A stretch of DNA of 64,000 nt from Candidatus Saccharimonadota bacterium (GTDB lineage Bacteria > Patescibacteriota > Saccharimonadia > Saccharimonadales > UBA10212). Below, in pieces: positions 19,123-29,695 of the stretch (within the stretch, counting starts at the first letter, position 1; each line of letters starts with the position of its first letter). Under the pieces are notes generated by a model. That model did not search any database and was not told the DNA's origin. It saw nothing but the letters and a program-made list of their open reading frames with translations. Where the stretch lies: positions 169,653-233,652 of the forward strand of contig JACPKF010000001.1 of NCBI GenBank assembly GCA_016187125.1. The letters are read 5' to 3'. Made by a program: the position numbers and the translations under genes.

Positions 19123-20520
19123 TTAGTTTACTTTCGTTATCTCGCGAGCTCTATCACCAATTGAAATTGGATAAACGCCGTTAAAAAATGAGGTTGAAAA
19201 AACGCTAGCCGGCAAATTGGTGGACTCAATCATCCCATCGTATGACAAATAATGGAGAGAGTCGGACCCCATATATTTATTTATCTCCTCAACGGTCATT
19301 TTGGTGGCAATCAATTCCTGCTGGGTAGGTGTATCAATGCCGTAAAAGTCCGGATAACGCACTGGCGGTGAGCTGATCATAAGATGTACTTCTTTAGCTC
19401 CAGCCTGCCTAATCATCTTGACGACTTGGCGCATAGTTGTGCCCCGGACGATGGAATCATCAACTAAAATAACCCGCCGACCTTTTAAGCTTTCCGGTAC
19501 TGGGTTAAGTTTCATGGTTACATCGTGTTCGCGCATCTCTGTAGTAGGTCTGATAAAGGTGCGATGGATATAGCGGTTTTTGATTAAAGCTGCTTCAAGG
19601 GGGATACCGCTAGCTTGGGAGTAACCAATAGCCGCTGGTATGGCAGAATCGGGCACCGGCACAACTACATCACCTTTGACCGGCGATTCTTTGGCCATAA
19701 TCCGCCCAAAATTCTGCCGTACTTGATTAACCCGCTGACCAAGTAGCAAACTATCGGGGCGAGAGAAATAGACAAATTCAAAAATATCGAGTTTCTGATC
19801 GCCAGGTACTACTTGATGCGAAGTAATACCGCGTTCATCAATGACTATTAACTCGCCCGGTTTCACATCTCGCACAAATTCGGCGCCGATGGTATCAAAA
19901 GCACAAGTTTCAGAAGCCGCTACATAGCCATTCCCGAGCTTACCGATAGACAGCGGCCTGATGCCACACTTATCGCGGAAGGCCACTAATTTTGTCTTAT
20001 CCATGGCAATAGCCGAAAAAGCGCCTTCAAATAGCGGATAAGCCTTGATGATCGCCTGCTCTAGCGAATTGCCTTTGTCAAGATAGCAGCCAATAGCGGC
20101 AGCCATCATGCCTGAGTCGTTTAATTTGCCTACCGGTACTCCATGCTCATTTAAGAAAGCTGCCAATTTCTCCCAAGTCGGTAAATTACCGTTGTGGGCA
20201 AATGCAAATTGACGAGAGTAATCAACCAGCGGCTGGTTATAGCGAGCATCTGTACCACCAGACGTAGAATAACGATTATGGCCGATGGCCATGGAGCCAA
20301 CCAGTTGCTGCAAATCTTCTTCGCGGTAAACGGTAGCTACCAGCCCATGCGCGCTGTGACGATGAAGTTGTTTGCCATCTGAGCTAACAATACCAGAGCT
20401 TTCCTGGCCTCGGTGCTGCAAGGCCCACAGGCCATAAAAAGCGAGTCTGGCCGCCTCAAAGTCTGGGCCCCAGGCGCCAAAAATCCCACACTTCTCGCCA
20501 AGCTGTGCCTTATCAGCCAT
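19123..20520 (-). CDS. purF: Amidophosphoribosyltransferase
   Basis: EKCGIFG (propeptide plus catalytic Cys), LQHRGQE, GHNRYST and VDDSIVRGTT motifs. Confidence 0.97.
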   Translation of the reverse strand: MADKAQLGEKCGIFGAWGPDFEAARLAFYGLWALQHRGQESSGIVSSDGKQLHRHSAHGLVATVYREEDLQQLVGSMAIGHNRYSTSGGTDARYNQPLVDYSRQFAFAHNGNLPTWEKLAAFLNEHGVPVGKLNDSGMMAAAIGCYLDKGNSLEQAIIKAYPLFEGAFSAIAMDKTKLVAFRDKCGIRPLSIGKLGNGYVAASETCAFDTIGAEFVRDVKPGELIVIDERGITSHQVVPGDQKLDIFEFVYFSRPDSLLLGQRVNQVRQNFGRIMAKESPVKGDVVVPVPDSAIPAAIGYSQASGIPLEAALIKNRYIHRTFIRPTTEMREHDVTMKLNPVPESLKGRRVILVDDSIVRGTTMRQVVKMIRQAGAKEVHLMISSPPVRYPDFYGIDTPTQQELIATKMTVEEINKYMGSDSLHYLSYDGMIESTNLPASVFSTSFFNGVYPISIGDRAREITKVN

Positions 20521-20601
20521 AAATATTATTTAAATTAGTAGTAGATGCTTTCAAGTTCTTATTATAACACTTATGTATTGATCTAGAAAACATGTATTAT
20601 T

Positions 20602-21207
20602 TCATTTTTGGGCTAAAAATTTCTTAACTTCCTTGTATGTGGCACCGTTAATAGCTTGTGCTTCATATAAATTATCTATAAGTTCGGCAATAGTCATGGC
20701 GCTGTATAGTCTGTAACCTTTTTTACGCAATATTTCGCTACCGCCCTTTTCGTAATCAAGTAAGACTATAAAATCTTCTATTTTTAGTCCTTCGGCCAGA
20801 AAAGTCTCCATGGTCTCTAGCTTAGAATCACCTTTTGTAATCAAATCATCGATTATGGCAATCGTTTCGCCTTTTTTATATTCACCTTCAATCCTCTTAT
20901 TAGTGCCATAGCCTTTTGATTCTTTACGGCGATAAATCAAAGGTTTTTGCATCTCCAGTGATACAGCGCTAGCAATTGGCATAGCCGCGTAAGGGATCCC
21001 AGCTATGCGGTCGAATTTCAAATTTTTTAAGATTTTTACGTATTCTTGAGTGATGTATTTTAGAATTTTTGGGTACGAAACAAGGATACGAAGATCTACA
21101 TACATCGGCGACACAATACCGGATTTAAAAGTAAAATCGCCAAATTTAATAACTCCAATTTTATATAGTTCCAGCGCCAGTTTTTTCTTAGCCTCTTGGC
21201 TTAGCAT
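20602..21207 (-). CDS. pyrE: Orotate phosphoribosyltransferase
   Basis: FGDFTFKSG, RKESKGYGT and IDDLITKG motifs. Confidence 0.95.
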   Translation of the reverse strand: MLSQEAKKKLALELYKIGVIKFGDFTFKSGIVSPMYVDLRILVSYPKILKYITQEYVKILKNLKFDRIAGIPYAAMPIASAVSLEMQKPLIYRRKESKGYGTNKRIEGEYKKGETIAIIDDLITKGDSKLETMETFLAEGLKIEDFIVLLDYEKGGSEILRKKGYRLYSAMTIAELIDNLYEAQAINGATYKEVKKFLAQK

Positions 21208-22034
21208 TATTCACTTCCTCCCTTAATTTTATCCCTTAGCTCAATGGTTTTTTGCCGCGCAACTTTAGCAAAATCATCTCCTGTGGAGGCAAAAATAATT
21301 TCCCGCGAGGAACTGATTATAAGCCCTTCCTTTTTGGAATTGAGTCCGGCTTCGAGGGTTTTTCGCAGATCGCCGCCTTGAGCGCCAACACCCGGTACTA
21401 AAATTACCATTTCGTCCCCGACTATAGCCCTGACTGACGCCAGCTCACGGGGGTAAGTCGCGGCTACTACCAACAGGCAATTGTTATTAGAGTTCCAGCG
21501 CTCAGCCACATTTCGGGCCACAACTTTGTAAAGTTCCTCGCCGCCTACTTTCAAGTCTTGGAACTCGGTGGCTCCCGGGTTAGATGTCCGGCATAAGATA
21601 ATAATGCCCTTGTCTTGGCGGCTCAAGAAGGGTTTCAGCGCTTCCCCGCCAAAATAGGGGTGCACGGTTATGGCGTCAGCCTTTAGATAGTCAAAAACAA
21701 ATCTGGCATAATGTTCGTTGGTAGTGCCAATATCGGCCCTTTTGCCATCAAGAATAACCGGTACATTTGGATAATTTTTTAAGATGTAGTCGCAAGTTTT
21801 CTGCAGTTGTTCAATGCCTCTGGCGCCAATACTTTCATAAAAAGCGCAGTTTGGTTTAAAGGCGCAGACGAGGTCGGCAGTAGCATCAATTATTGCTCTG
21901 TTAAAGAAAAGAAGCGGCTCAGCTTGGCTAGCGACAGACGCCGGTAATTTGGACAGCACTGGATCAAGTCCGACGCAAACCAGGGAGTTGTTTTTAGCGA
22001 CGCTCAACCCTAGCTTGCTTTTAAAACTAGCCAT
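21207..22034 (-). CDS. pyrF: Orotidine-5'-phosphate decarboxylase
   Basis: CVGLDP, DGKRADIGTT, RTSNPG and PGVGAQGG motifs. Confidence 0.96.
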   Translation of the reverse strand: MASFKSKLGLSVAKNNSLVCVGLDPVLSKLPASVASQAEPLLFFNRAIIDATADLVCAFKPNCAFYESIGARGIEQLQKTCDYILKNYPNVPVILDGKRADIGTTNEHYARFVFDYLKADAITVHPYFGGEALKPFLSRQDKGIIILCRTSNPGATEFQDLKVGGEELYKVVARNVAERWNSNNNCLLVVAATYPRELASVRAIVGDEMVILVPGVGAQGGDLRKTLEAGLNSKKEGLIISSSREIIFASTGDDFAKVARQKTIELRDKIKGGSE

Positions 22035-22057
22035 TTGCCTTTAGTATAGTTATAGAG

Positions 22058-23155
22058 ATGGGAAAAACCAATCACAAACCGCGGTCTTTTTACGACCCTA
22101 GCAAAACCTATGATGATAATTTCGATAGTGGGCCGTCTCAAGTATTCCCCGACGAAAAAGTATATAAAAACCGCGGAGCTCCGAAATTCTCTTTCTTAGG
22201 CAGACCGCTTTACTTGCCTTTTGGCATCGCCGCTGGCCCCTTACCAAATAGTCAATACGTCAAGTACGCCTTTGAGCGGGGTTTTGACGCGGTTTGTTAT
22301 AAGACTCAGCGTAGCGTAGCTTTTAAAGTCAATGACTTCCCGAACGTCCTGTATGTTGATGTCGACGGCGATTTAACACTTGAAAAAGCCAAAAAACCGC
22401 TAGTTGGCAAATCCCAGACCACTAAACCACTTAAGCAGCTTTCTATCACTAATTCCTTTGGGAATCCATCTAGGGGACCTGCGTTTTGGCTGCCGGATAC
22501 TAAAAAAGCTTTGAGCTATCAAGGTCGTGGGCAGCTTTTGATATCCAGCGTAGTTGGTACTATAAAAGCCGGTTTTAGTGGTGAGGATTATTTTAATGAT
22601 TTTGCCAAAGCCGCCAAATTAGCCGCCTCTACCGGAGTTGAAGCCATCGAGATTAATCTTTCGTGTCCTAATGTCGCCAGTGAAGGCATTTTATGTTACA
22701 CCTATGATTCGGTAGTGTCTATCGTCGGCAAGGTCAAAAAAGTTATTGGCGATCTGCCACTAATTGTAAAGTTAGGTTATTATTCCGCCGATCAAAATCA
22801 GCTGCTAGCAAGAATTGTCAAAGCTATTGCCCCTTCTACGGCCGCTATTTCAACAATTAATACCATACCGGCGCCGGTGGTTGATGAAAACGGTAATCAG
22901 GCACTGCCCGGTAAAGGTCGTCTGATGAGCGGTATTTGCGGCGCCTCAGTTAAATGGGCCGGCCTGGAGATGGTCAAAAAACTAGATGGCTTGCGTAAAA
23001 AACAGGGCTATAGCTTCGAGATTATTGGTATAGGCGGAGTGATGAGCCCTAAAGACTTTCATGACTACCGGCAAGCTGGAGCCGATTTGGTTCAATCTTG
23101 TACCGGGGCGATGTGGAATCCTAACTTGGCAGCCGAAATTAAAGCCACACTATAA
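22058..23155 (+). CDS. pyrD: Dihydroorotate dehydrogenase (class 1-like)
   Basis: GIAAGP, ITNSFG, INLSCPN, INT and IIGIGGV motifs; divergent from pyrF. Confidence 0.85.
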   Translation: MGKTNHKPRSFYDPSKTYDDNFDSGPSQVFPDEKVYKNRGAPKFSFLGRPLYLPFGIAAGPLPNSQYVKYAFERGFDAVCYKTQRSVAFKVNDFPNVLYVDVDGDLTLEKAKKPLVGKSQTTKPLKQLSITNSFGNPSRGPAFWLPDTKKALSYQGRGQLLISSVVGTIKAGFSGEDYFNDFAKAAKLAASTGVEAIEINLSCPNVASEGILCYTYDSVVSIVGKVKKVIGDLPLIVKLGYYSADQNQLLARIVKAIAPSTAAISTINTIPAPVVDENGNQALPGKGRLMSGICGASVKWAGLEMVKKLDGLRKKQGYSFEIIGIGGVMSPKDFHDYRQAGADLVQSCTGAMWNPNLAAEIKATL

Positions 23156-23261
23156 CCCTTACCTCAGCACATCTTTTCAACTTCCTCAATATTAGTAGAA
23201 GATCGGGCTTGTGTTATGTCAGGCTTGATATTACACTGAGCATAAAGGGAATGATTGTCAA

Positions 23262-24227
23262 ATGGTAACCGCTAACAATAAACGGCTCCAGATCCTCAGT
23301 GGCAGCTTGCACCGGGAATTGGCCCAGAAAGTGGCCCAAAAACTAGGCGCCCATGTTAGTCCAATCGAACTTGTGAAGTTTGCCAACGGCGAAATCAAAT
23401 GCCAGTTGGAAGAGTCGGTCCGCGGGGCCGACGTTTTTGTTTTTCAGACCCACGGCAACCCGGTCAATGAAGCCATCATGGAACAAGCGATCATCATTGA
23501 CGCCGCTAAGCGGGCCTCGGCCAAACACATCACCGCCGTCTGCCCACTCTTTGGCTATGCTCGCCAGGACCGCAAAGCTTCTGGACGCGAACCGATTGCC
23601 GCCAAGTTGGTAGTGGATATCTTGAGCATCGCCGGCGCCGACCGCATAGTCAGTCTTAATTTGCACAGCGGCCAGATTCAAGGTTTTTTTGACGGCCCCT
23701 TTGATCATCTAACCGCCTTACCACTTTTGGCTGAATATTTAAAGGGTCGTTTTGGCGAAGATTTTGTCATCGTCTCAGCTGATTCCGGACGTGTAAAAAT
23801 GGCTGGACGTTATGCTGATTACCTAAATACCGATCTAGCAATTATCCACAAGCGGCGCACAGCCACTAACCGCGCCGAGGCTCTGGACGTTATCGGTGAG
23901 GTCAAAGGCCGCAACTGTGTAATTGTTGACGACATGGTGGACACTGCCGGGACGGTAGTGGCGGCTGCCGAACAACTCAAAAAACACGGCGCCATCCGAA
24001 TTTCTGCCGTGGCCAGTCATGGGCTGTTTTCGCCACCAGCCGTTGAACGACTTAAAAAATCTTCGATTGATCATTTAATAGTAACCGACACGCTGCCCCA
24101 AACCGTTAAACTGACTAAACCCAGCCTTGAAGTAGTTTCAATCGTTGATCTTTTAGCGGACGCTGTTAAAGCCATCTTTGAAGAAAAATCAGTCTCGGCG
24201 CTTTTCGGCGGTCACAACCAAACCTGA
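23262..24227 (+). CDS. prs: Ribose-phosphate pyrophosphokinase
   Basis: FANGE, GYARQDRK, LHSGQIQGFF and VDDMVDTAGT motifs. Confidence 0.97.
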   Translation: MVTANNKRLQILSGSLHRELAQKVAQKLGAHVSPIELVKFANGEIKCQLEESVRGADVFVFQTHGNPVNEAIMEQAIIIDAAKRASAKHITAVCPLFGYARQDRKASGREPIAAKLVVDILSIAGADRIVSLNLHSGQIQGFFDGPFDHLTALPLLAEYLKGRFGEDFVIVSADSGRVKMAGRYADYLNTDLAIIHKRRTATNRAEALDVIGEVKGRNCVIVDDMVDTAGTVVAAAEQLKKHGAIRISAVASHGLFSPPAVERLKKSSIDHLIVTDTLPQTVKLTKPSLEVVSIVDLLADAVKAIFEEKSVSALFGGHNQT

Positions 24228-24233
24228 CTTTAG

Positions 24234-24611
24234 ATGAGTGTTGTTAAGCTCGAAGGCTTGGTTAGGCGTTTTGATGGTAATGGTCGTAAATTAGGCTATC
24301 CCACAGCCAATATCAATACAGCCACAAATCTGTCAGACGGAGTTTATTTTGGTTTTGCAGATCTAGCTAAATATAGGCACCACCCAGCACTTATCTTTAT
24401 AGGTGCTCCGTTAACACTCGGCAACAGCCGGCGCCGCGTCGAAGCTCATCTGCTGGATATTGATGACGTTGATTACTACGACAACAATATACAGCTTGAG
24501 ATCCACCATTTTTGGCGACCCAATCAAAAATTCGAATCTACAGGGGAGCTTATAAAAGCCATGCAAGCCGACGAGGCGGCCGCCAGGCAATGGTTTGATA
24601 AAGTGCTATAA
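24234..24611 (+). CDS. Stand-alone riboflavin kinase domain
   Basis: GRKLGYPTANI and VEAHLLD motifs; lacks the RibF FAD-synthetase domain. Confidence 0.88.
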   Translation: MSVVKLEGLVRRFDGNGRKLGYPTANINTATNLSDGVYFGFADLAKYRHHPALIFIGAPLTLGNSRRRVEAHLLDIDDVDYYDNNIQLEIHHFWRPNQKFESTGELIKAMQADEAAARQWFDKVL

Positions 24612-24621
24612 TACCCCCGTT

Positions 24622-25131
24622 ATGAGTACTTCTAATGAAAGGCGTGAAGTGATGGAAAATGTTCATATCGGACCGGTAACTGAATATTCGCCAGAATTAG
24701 TTGATGGAATTAATAGGCTTTTGCAAGAACTTGATCCAAAATTTGCTGATAGTCCGATAACGCGCGAGATCCTAGAAGAACGTATTCGATCAAACAGCGC
24801 TGATCAATTTGTAGCCACACTGAACGGAGAGGTTATTGGCTGCGGTGTGATGTCGGTTGTTCATGGTTCATTAGCCAAAAACGGCAAGCGAGGACATTTA
24901 GAGGATTTTGTGACTGATGAATCTTGGCGTGGCCATGGTATAGGTAGCAAGTTGTGGCTGGCCTTTATCGAGTGGTGTAGGCAAAAAGAGCTCGTTGCAA
25001 TGGGTTTTGATACGGAAACATACAGACCAGATGCGCTTAATTTTTATATTAACCGGGGAGCCGAAGTCCTCGAGGCAAATCGATTTTTGTGGGTAGATCT
25101 AACTAAATTAGATGGTCGATCAAGCCAATAG
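24622..25131 (+). CDS. GNAT acetyltransferase
   Basis: LEDFVTDESWRGHGIG (motif A). Confidence 0.88.
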   Translation: MSTSNERREVMENVHIGPVTEYSPELVDGINRLLQELDPKFADSPITREILEERIRSNSADQFVATLNGEVIGCGVMSVVHGSLAKNGKRGHLEDFVTDESWRGHGIGSKLWLAFIEWCRQKELVAMGFDTETYRPDALNFYINRGAEVLEANRFLWVDLTKLDGRSSQ

Positions 25132-26107
25132 TGACAATATCCCGTACGCTGCTCTGAAAAGTCTCTTCGATACGCCTACGAAATCTGTGCATAGATTTGG
25201 CAGCGGGATTGTTAATAAAACATATTTAGTAACCACAAGTAACGGCCAAAAAAATATTCTCCAATGTCTCAGCCCTATTTTTAATGAGGTAATGGTTAAA
25301 GATTTCGACGAAGTTACCAAACAGCTCCAAAAGGCTGGCTGGGAAGTGCCAAGTATTGTGCCAACCTTAGACGGTAAACTTTACTTAAAAGACGCGGAGG
25401 GAAAATTGTGGCGGCGTCTGACATTTATAGCGTCTGAACCTGTTAAAGTACCCGTACTAGATGATACTACTCTTTCCGAAATTGGCTCCTTACTAGCTAG
25501 ATTTCATAAAACCTTGGCCACAATAAGTTATAAACCCTCTTTCCAGATTCCTCATTTTCATGAGACCGAATACTTTGGGGATAGGTTGGCTAAACTACAA
25601 GCCTCAATGCCAAGCTTAGAAACTAAGGAGCTTGCGGTCGATATCTTGGAAGCCTACAAGGGTTTACCCTCTCTTCCCGGGGCTTCTACTCAACTGATCC
25701 ATGGTGACCCCCAACGGAGTAACATTTTATTTAGAAACGGCAAACCATTTACATATATCGACTTCGATACCGTTATGCCAGCAAATATCTGGCCTGATAT
25801 CGGAGACCTCTTAAGATCACTAGCCGAAGACAGCAAAAAGGCAAGCGCCCCATTTCCTTTAGAAAAGTTGGAGAAAGTTATAGATGGTTACACGCAAGTT
25901 TCACAGCCTATCACCGACCAGATTAAACTTCGAGACTCTTGTGTTGCCGCCATGAAAATAATAACTCTAGAACTTGCTATGCGCTTCTTGATCGACATTG
26001 TAGAAGATAACTATTTTGCATGGGATAATAGCCAGTATCCAAGCCGACAAGCTCATAATTTAGAGCGAGCAAAATTACAATGGAGTATTTATAACGATTA
26101 TGTATAA
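25112..26107 (+). CDS. APH/choline-kinase-like phosphotransferase
   Basis: GSGIVNKTY, LARFH, IHGD...N and IDFDT motifs. Confidence 0.85.
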   Translation: MVDQANSDNIPYAALKSLFDTPTKSVHRFGSGIVNKTYLVTTSNGQKNILQCLSPIFNEVMVKDFDEVTKQLQKAGWEVPSIVPTLDGKLYLKDAEGKLWRRLTFIASEPVKVPVLDDTTLSEIGSLLARFHKTLATISYKPSFQIPHFHETEYFGDRLAKLQASMPSLETKELAVDILEAYKGLPSLPGASTQLIHGDPQRSNILFRNGKPFTYIDFDTVMPANIWPDIGDLLRSLAEDSKKASAPFPLEKLEKVIDGYTQVSQPITDQIKLRDSCVAAMKIITLELAMRFLIDIVEDNYFAWDNSQYPSRQAHNLERAKLQWSIYNDYV

Positions 26108-26669
26108 AGCTATAATTTTTGACTTTTTTGACGTCATACACACTGACCACCAAAAGGCTTGGTTGGCTAAGTATGGTTACAAGCGTGAAGGTGGATTTGC
26201 TGAGGCTTCAGACCAGCTGGATAGTGGCCAGATTGATCAGGAAATTTATTTTCAGCGCTACGCTCAACATAGCGGCAGTACTCCCGAAAAAATTAAACAA
26301 GAGTTTAAAGATTTATCAAAAATAGATAACGACATAGTTAAACTAATCAAAAAACTAAAGTCGCACTACAAGCTTGGATTGTTGTCCAATACAACGACTG
26401 ACGAGCTACGACCGATTTTGGATCAATATGATCTGGCGCCACTTTTTAACGAGATTATAATTTCGGCTGATGTTAAGATGACTAAACCCGAGCCCGAGAT
26501 TTTTCAATTGATATTAAAGCGTTTGCAGGTATCGCCCCATGAAGCAATTTTTGTTGACGACAACCCAAATAATGTTGAAGGAGCAAACGCCGTAGGTATA
26601 AAAGGCGTTCTTCATAAAGATTTTGATTCTTTGGTCGCTCAACTAAATAATTTAGGCGTAAAAACTTAA
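26100..26669 (+). CDS. HAD-family phosphatase
   Basis: IIFDFFDV, LSN, KPEPEIF and FVDD motifs. Confidence 0.9.
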   Translation: MYKAIIFDFFDVIHTDHQKAWLAKYGYKREGGFAEASDQLDSGQIDQEIYFQRYAQHSGSTPEKIKQEFKDLSKIDNDIVKLIKKLKSHYKLGLLSNTTTDELRPILDQYDLAPLFNEIIISADVKMTKPEPEIFQLILKRLQVSPHEAIFVDDNPNNVEGANAVGIKGVLHKDFDSLVAQLNNLGVKT

Positions 26670-26676
26670 AAAACTT

Positions 26677-27843
26677 ATGGCACGCATACCAATTTCTGAA
26701 TACAGGGCCAAAAGCTTGCTGCTTGGCAGTAGCTACAGGGGCCTTAGCTTTAGGGTAAAAAATTCTTCGGCTAGGTTTAGCAAACTTGATCCAAAAGGCC
26801 GCTACGTTCTAAAGGTCGACCAAGGTATTAAGAAGCGTCATAAACAGGGCCTTTTAGCTGTTGATATAAATCCAGGGGCGGCTCCTGAATATATAAAAAA
26901 ATTTCAAGCCAAAGGTTATGAGCAGTATTTGATTGAGCCATTTTTACCCCACGCTGCCAAAGACGAAAAATATTTGGCAGTCGAACGGCTGCGCGAAGGC
27001 CTGCAGATACTTTATTCAAGGCAGGGCGGAGTCGACATTGAAGACACTGGCGCCGTAGTCGAAAAAGTTTTATATAAAGGCGGTCCGGGGGAGTTAAAAA
27101 AAGTCGCCGCGGCTCTTGGCCTTAAGGCAGAATTCTTAGAAACGCTTACCCAGCGTTTTAATCAACTACATATGACATTTGTGGAAATAAATCCTCTGGT
27201 TGTACAAGCGGGCAAGCCGCTGCTGCTGGACTGTGCTGCACAAGTCGACAGCGCTGCCGCCTATTTTACCGACGAATGGACTCTGGACGATGACACCTCG
27301 TCTTTGAATTTGAGCCCGGCCGAGAAAGCCGTGGCCGAACTTGAAGCCAATTCTGCCTCTTCCTTTTCATTAAAACTGGTCAATCCCGATGGGGCGCTGG
27401 GTATGTTACTTTCCGGTGGTGGCGCCAGCGTGGCCATAGCCGATGAAGTCTGTAACCTTGGCCAAGCCGATAATCTGCTTAATTACGGTGAGTACAGCGG
27501 AAACCCAACCGCTGAAGAAACGAAGCTCTATGCCATCCAAGTACTAAATCTACTCCTAGCCAGTCAAGCCAAAACTAAAGCTCTGGTGATTGCTGGTGGC
27601 GTGGCCAACTTCACCGATATCAAGCAGACTTTTAAAGGAGTAATCCAGGCGCTTGGTTCCAAGAAGAAACAACTCCAACAGCAACGTGTTAAAGTTTTTG
27701 TACGGCGCGGCGGTCCGAACGAAGTTGAGGGACTTGCTATGATGCGCGGCTTTTTGGAAATGAACGATTTACTTGGAGAAGTCAGCGGATCAGACGTGAT
27801 TTTGACGAAAGCTGTTGCCAGTGCCGTGGAGTATGTAGCATGA
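26677..27843 (+). CDS. aclB: ATP-citrate lyase, ATP-grasp/citrate-binding subunit
   Basis: SEYRAK, KVDQGIKKR, EINPL, SGGGAS, NYGEYSGNP, GGVANFT and RRGGPN motifs. Confidence 0.92.
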   Translation: MARIPISEYRAKSLLLGSSYRGLSFRVKNSSARFSKLDPKGRYVLKVDQGIKKRHKQGLLAVDINPGAAPEYIKKFQAKGYEQYLIEPFLPHAAKDEKYLAVERLREGLQILYSRQGGVDIEDTGAVVEKVLYKGGPGELKKVAAALGLKAEFLETLTQRFNQLHMTFVEINPLVVQAGKPLLLDCAAQVDSAAAYFTDEWTLDDDTSSLNLSPAEKAVAELEANSASSFSLKLVNPDGALGMLLSGGGASVAIADEVCNLGQADNLLNYGEYSGNPTAEETKLYAIQVLNLLLASQAKTKALVIAGGVANFTDIKQTFKGVIQALGSKKKQLQQQRVKVFVRRGGPNEVEGLAMMRGFLEMNDLLGEVSGSDVILTKAVASAVEYVA

Positions 27844-29630
27844 TCAATATTGCCAAGTTAAGAGATAAACACGCCATCGTTAGTTTGGGCAATTACCAGC
27901 CGGTGCTGCAATCAATCCTTGATTTTGACTATATGATTGGCCGGAAGAGGTCAAGTTTAGTGGCCATCGTGACAGCTGGAATCCACAACCAAAAACTGTT
28001 CTTCGGCACTCGAGAGATACTTATTCCTTGTGCCCAGGATATCAAGGAACTGAAAGACCTAGAGATTCCCCCGCCCGATTTATTTTTGAATCTTAATTCC
28101 GGACGGCGAGCTAAAGACAGCACCAAAGAGTTTATCGAAGCTTTCCCTAAAGTTTTAGGCGGGCACATCTTTGCCGAGAATGTGCCGGAACAACACGCTA
28201 TTTATCTATACCAAAAATTTCATGACAAACACTTTATAGCCGGACCTTCCGGCGTTGGCCTAATGCTGCCGGGACATCTCAAACTCGGGGCGGTTGGCGG
28301 TACCGATTGGCGGCAGCTTGTTGCCTCTAAGCTATATGCATCCGGCTCTGTGGCCGTGCTTTCCGCTTCCGGGGGCATGATTAACGAACTCATTAGAATG
28401 GTCGCTAACGGCGGTAACGGCTGTTCTTTCGCGCTAACACTAGGCGGTGACCGATTCCCAATCACGTCGCCTGGCGAAGCCCTGCTGGCCGCGGAGGCCG
28501 ATCCTCAAACTAAAGTTATTCTTTATTACGGTGAGCTTGGCGGTTATGACGAATACGACATAATTGAGCTAGTTAAAGCCGGGCGGGTCAAAAAACCAAT
28601 CATCGCTTATATTGCCGGCAATGTCGGTGAAGCTTTTGCTCGTCCGGTGCAATTTGGCCATGCTAAAGCCCTGGCGGCCAGACCACCAGAGTCTGCCAGC
28701 GCTAAACGTCGTGCCCTAAAAAAAGCTGGCGTAAAAGTAGCTGACTCGATTGCTAGTCTAGCCGACTTTGTTGAAGCTTTAAGGGGTGATATACTGCCTA
28801 AAATGCCCCAGCGGGATCCCCAGCAACTCTCATCGCGTCAACCTGGTTTAATAACCACGACAATTTCTGACGAGAAAGAAGTATATGAGTTTGTCGGCAA
28901 ATCGTTGGAAGACTGGGAAAAGAACCATAGTTTAGTAGAAATGATTGTTGCCGGACTGCTAGGCCGACCGGCCCACTCTAAGTTGCTTGTCCAGTGCAGT
29001 GAATCGATTTTTAAACTAGCCCTAGACCACGGCCCGAATGTTTCCGGCGCCGTCAACACCATCGTAACCGCCCGGGCTGGACGGGATATGGTTTCCAGCT
29101 TAAGTGCCGGCCTGCTGACCATTGGCCCGCGCTATGGCGGCGCCGGCAACGATGCGGCTCGGATTTGGTTTGACGCCGTTCAAAGCGGCATGGACGCCAA
29201 AGAATTAGTTGAATCATATGCTAAAAATAAGCGTTATATCCTTGGTATTGGCCACAAAAAATACAATTTGTCTCAACCCGACCCCAGAGTTACTCGACTA
29301 CTGGAATTCGTAAAAGATCTGCCAGAACGCCCCTACACCGATTTTGCCAAGGCCGTAGTAGCTATTACCAGTTCTAAAAAAAGTAATTTAATCCTTAACT
29401 TTGACGGTGCATTCGCGGCTGTACTGCTAGATATTTTGCAGCAATCCGAAAAGCTCAAGCCGCGGGAGATTGCCCAACTGATTGATAGCGAGTTTTTTAA
29501 CGCTTATTTTGTGATTCCGCGGGCTGTCGGCTTTATCAGCCACTTCTTGGATCAAAAGCGTTTAGACGAAGGATTGTTCCGCCTGCCAGACAGTCAAGTG
29601 ACCGTCATCCCGACCCAAAAAACAGACTAA
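27840..29630 (+). CDS. aclA: ATP-citrate lyase, CoA-binding/citryl-CoA lyase subunit
   Basis: SGGMINE, GGDRFP, QFGHA (phospho-His), DHGPNVSGA and GIGHK motifs. Confidence 0.92.
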   Translation: MINIAKLRDKHAIVSLGNYQPVLQSILDFDYMIGRKRSSLVAIVTAGIHNQKLFFGTREILIPCAQDIKELKDLEIPPPDLFLNLNSGRRAKDSTKEFIEAFPKVLGGHIFAENVPEQHAIYLYQKFHDKHFIAGPSGVGLMLPGHLKLGAVGGTDWRQLVASKLYASGSVAVLSASGGMINELIRMVANGGNGCSFALTLGGDRFPITSPGEALLAAEADPQTKVILYYGELGGYDEYDIIELVKAGRVKKPIIAYIAGNVGEAFARPVQFGHAKALAARPPESASAKRRALKKAGVKVADSIASLADFVEALRGDILPKMPQRDPQQLSSRQPGLITTTISDEKEVYEFVGKSLEDWEKNHSLVEMIVAGLLGRPAHSKLLVQCSESIFKLALDHGPNVSGAVNTIVTARAGRDMVSSLSAGLLTIGPRYGGAGNDAARIWFDAVQSGMDAKELVESYAKNKRYILGIGHKKYNLSQPDPRVTRLLEFVKDLPERPYTDFAKAVVAITSSKKSNLILNFDGAFAAVLLDILQQSEKLKPREIAQLIDSEFFNAYFVIPRAVGFISHFLDQKRLDEGLFRLPDSQVTVIPTQKTD

Positions 29631-29695
29631 GATTAATTACCACAGTTTACTCAAGTAGCCTGTCAGCTATAATTAAGGTAGAATTTTGGAGACAG

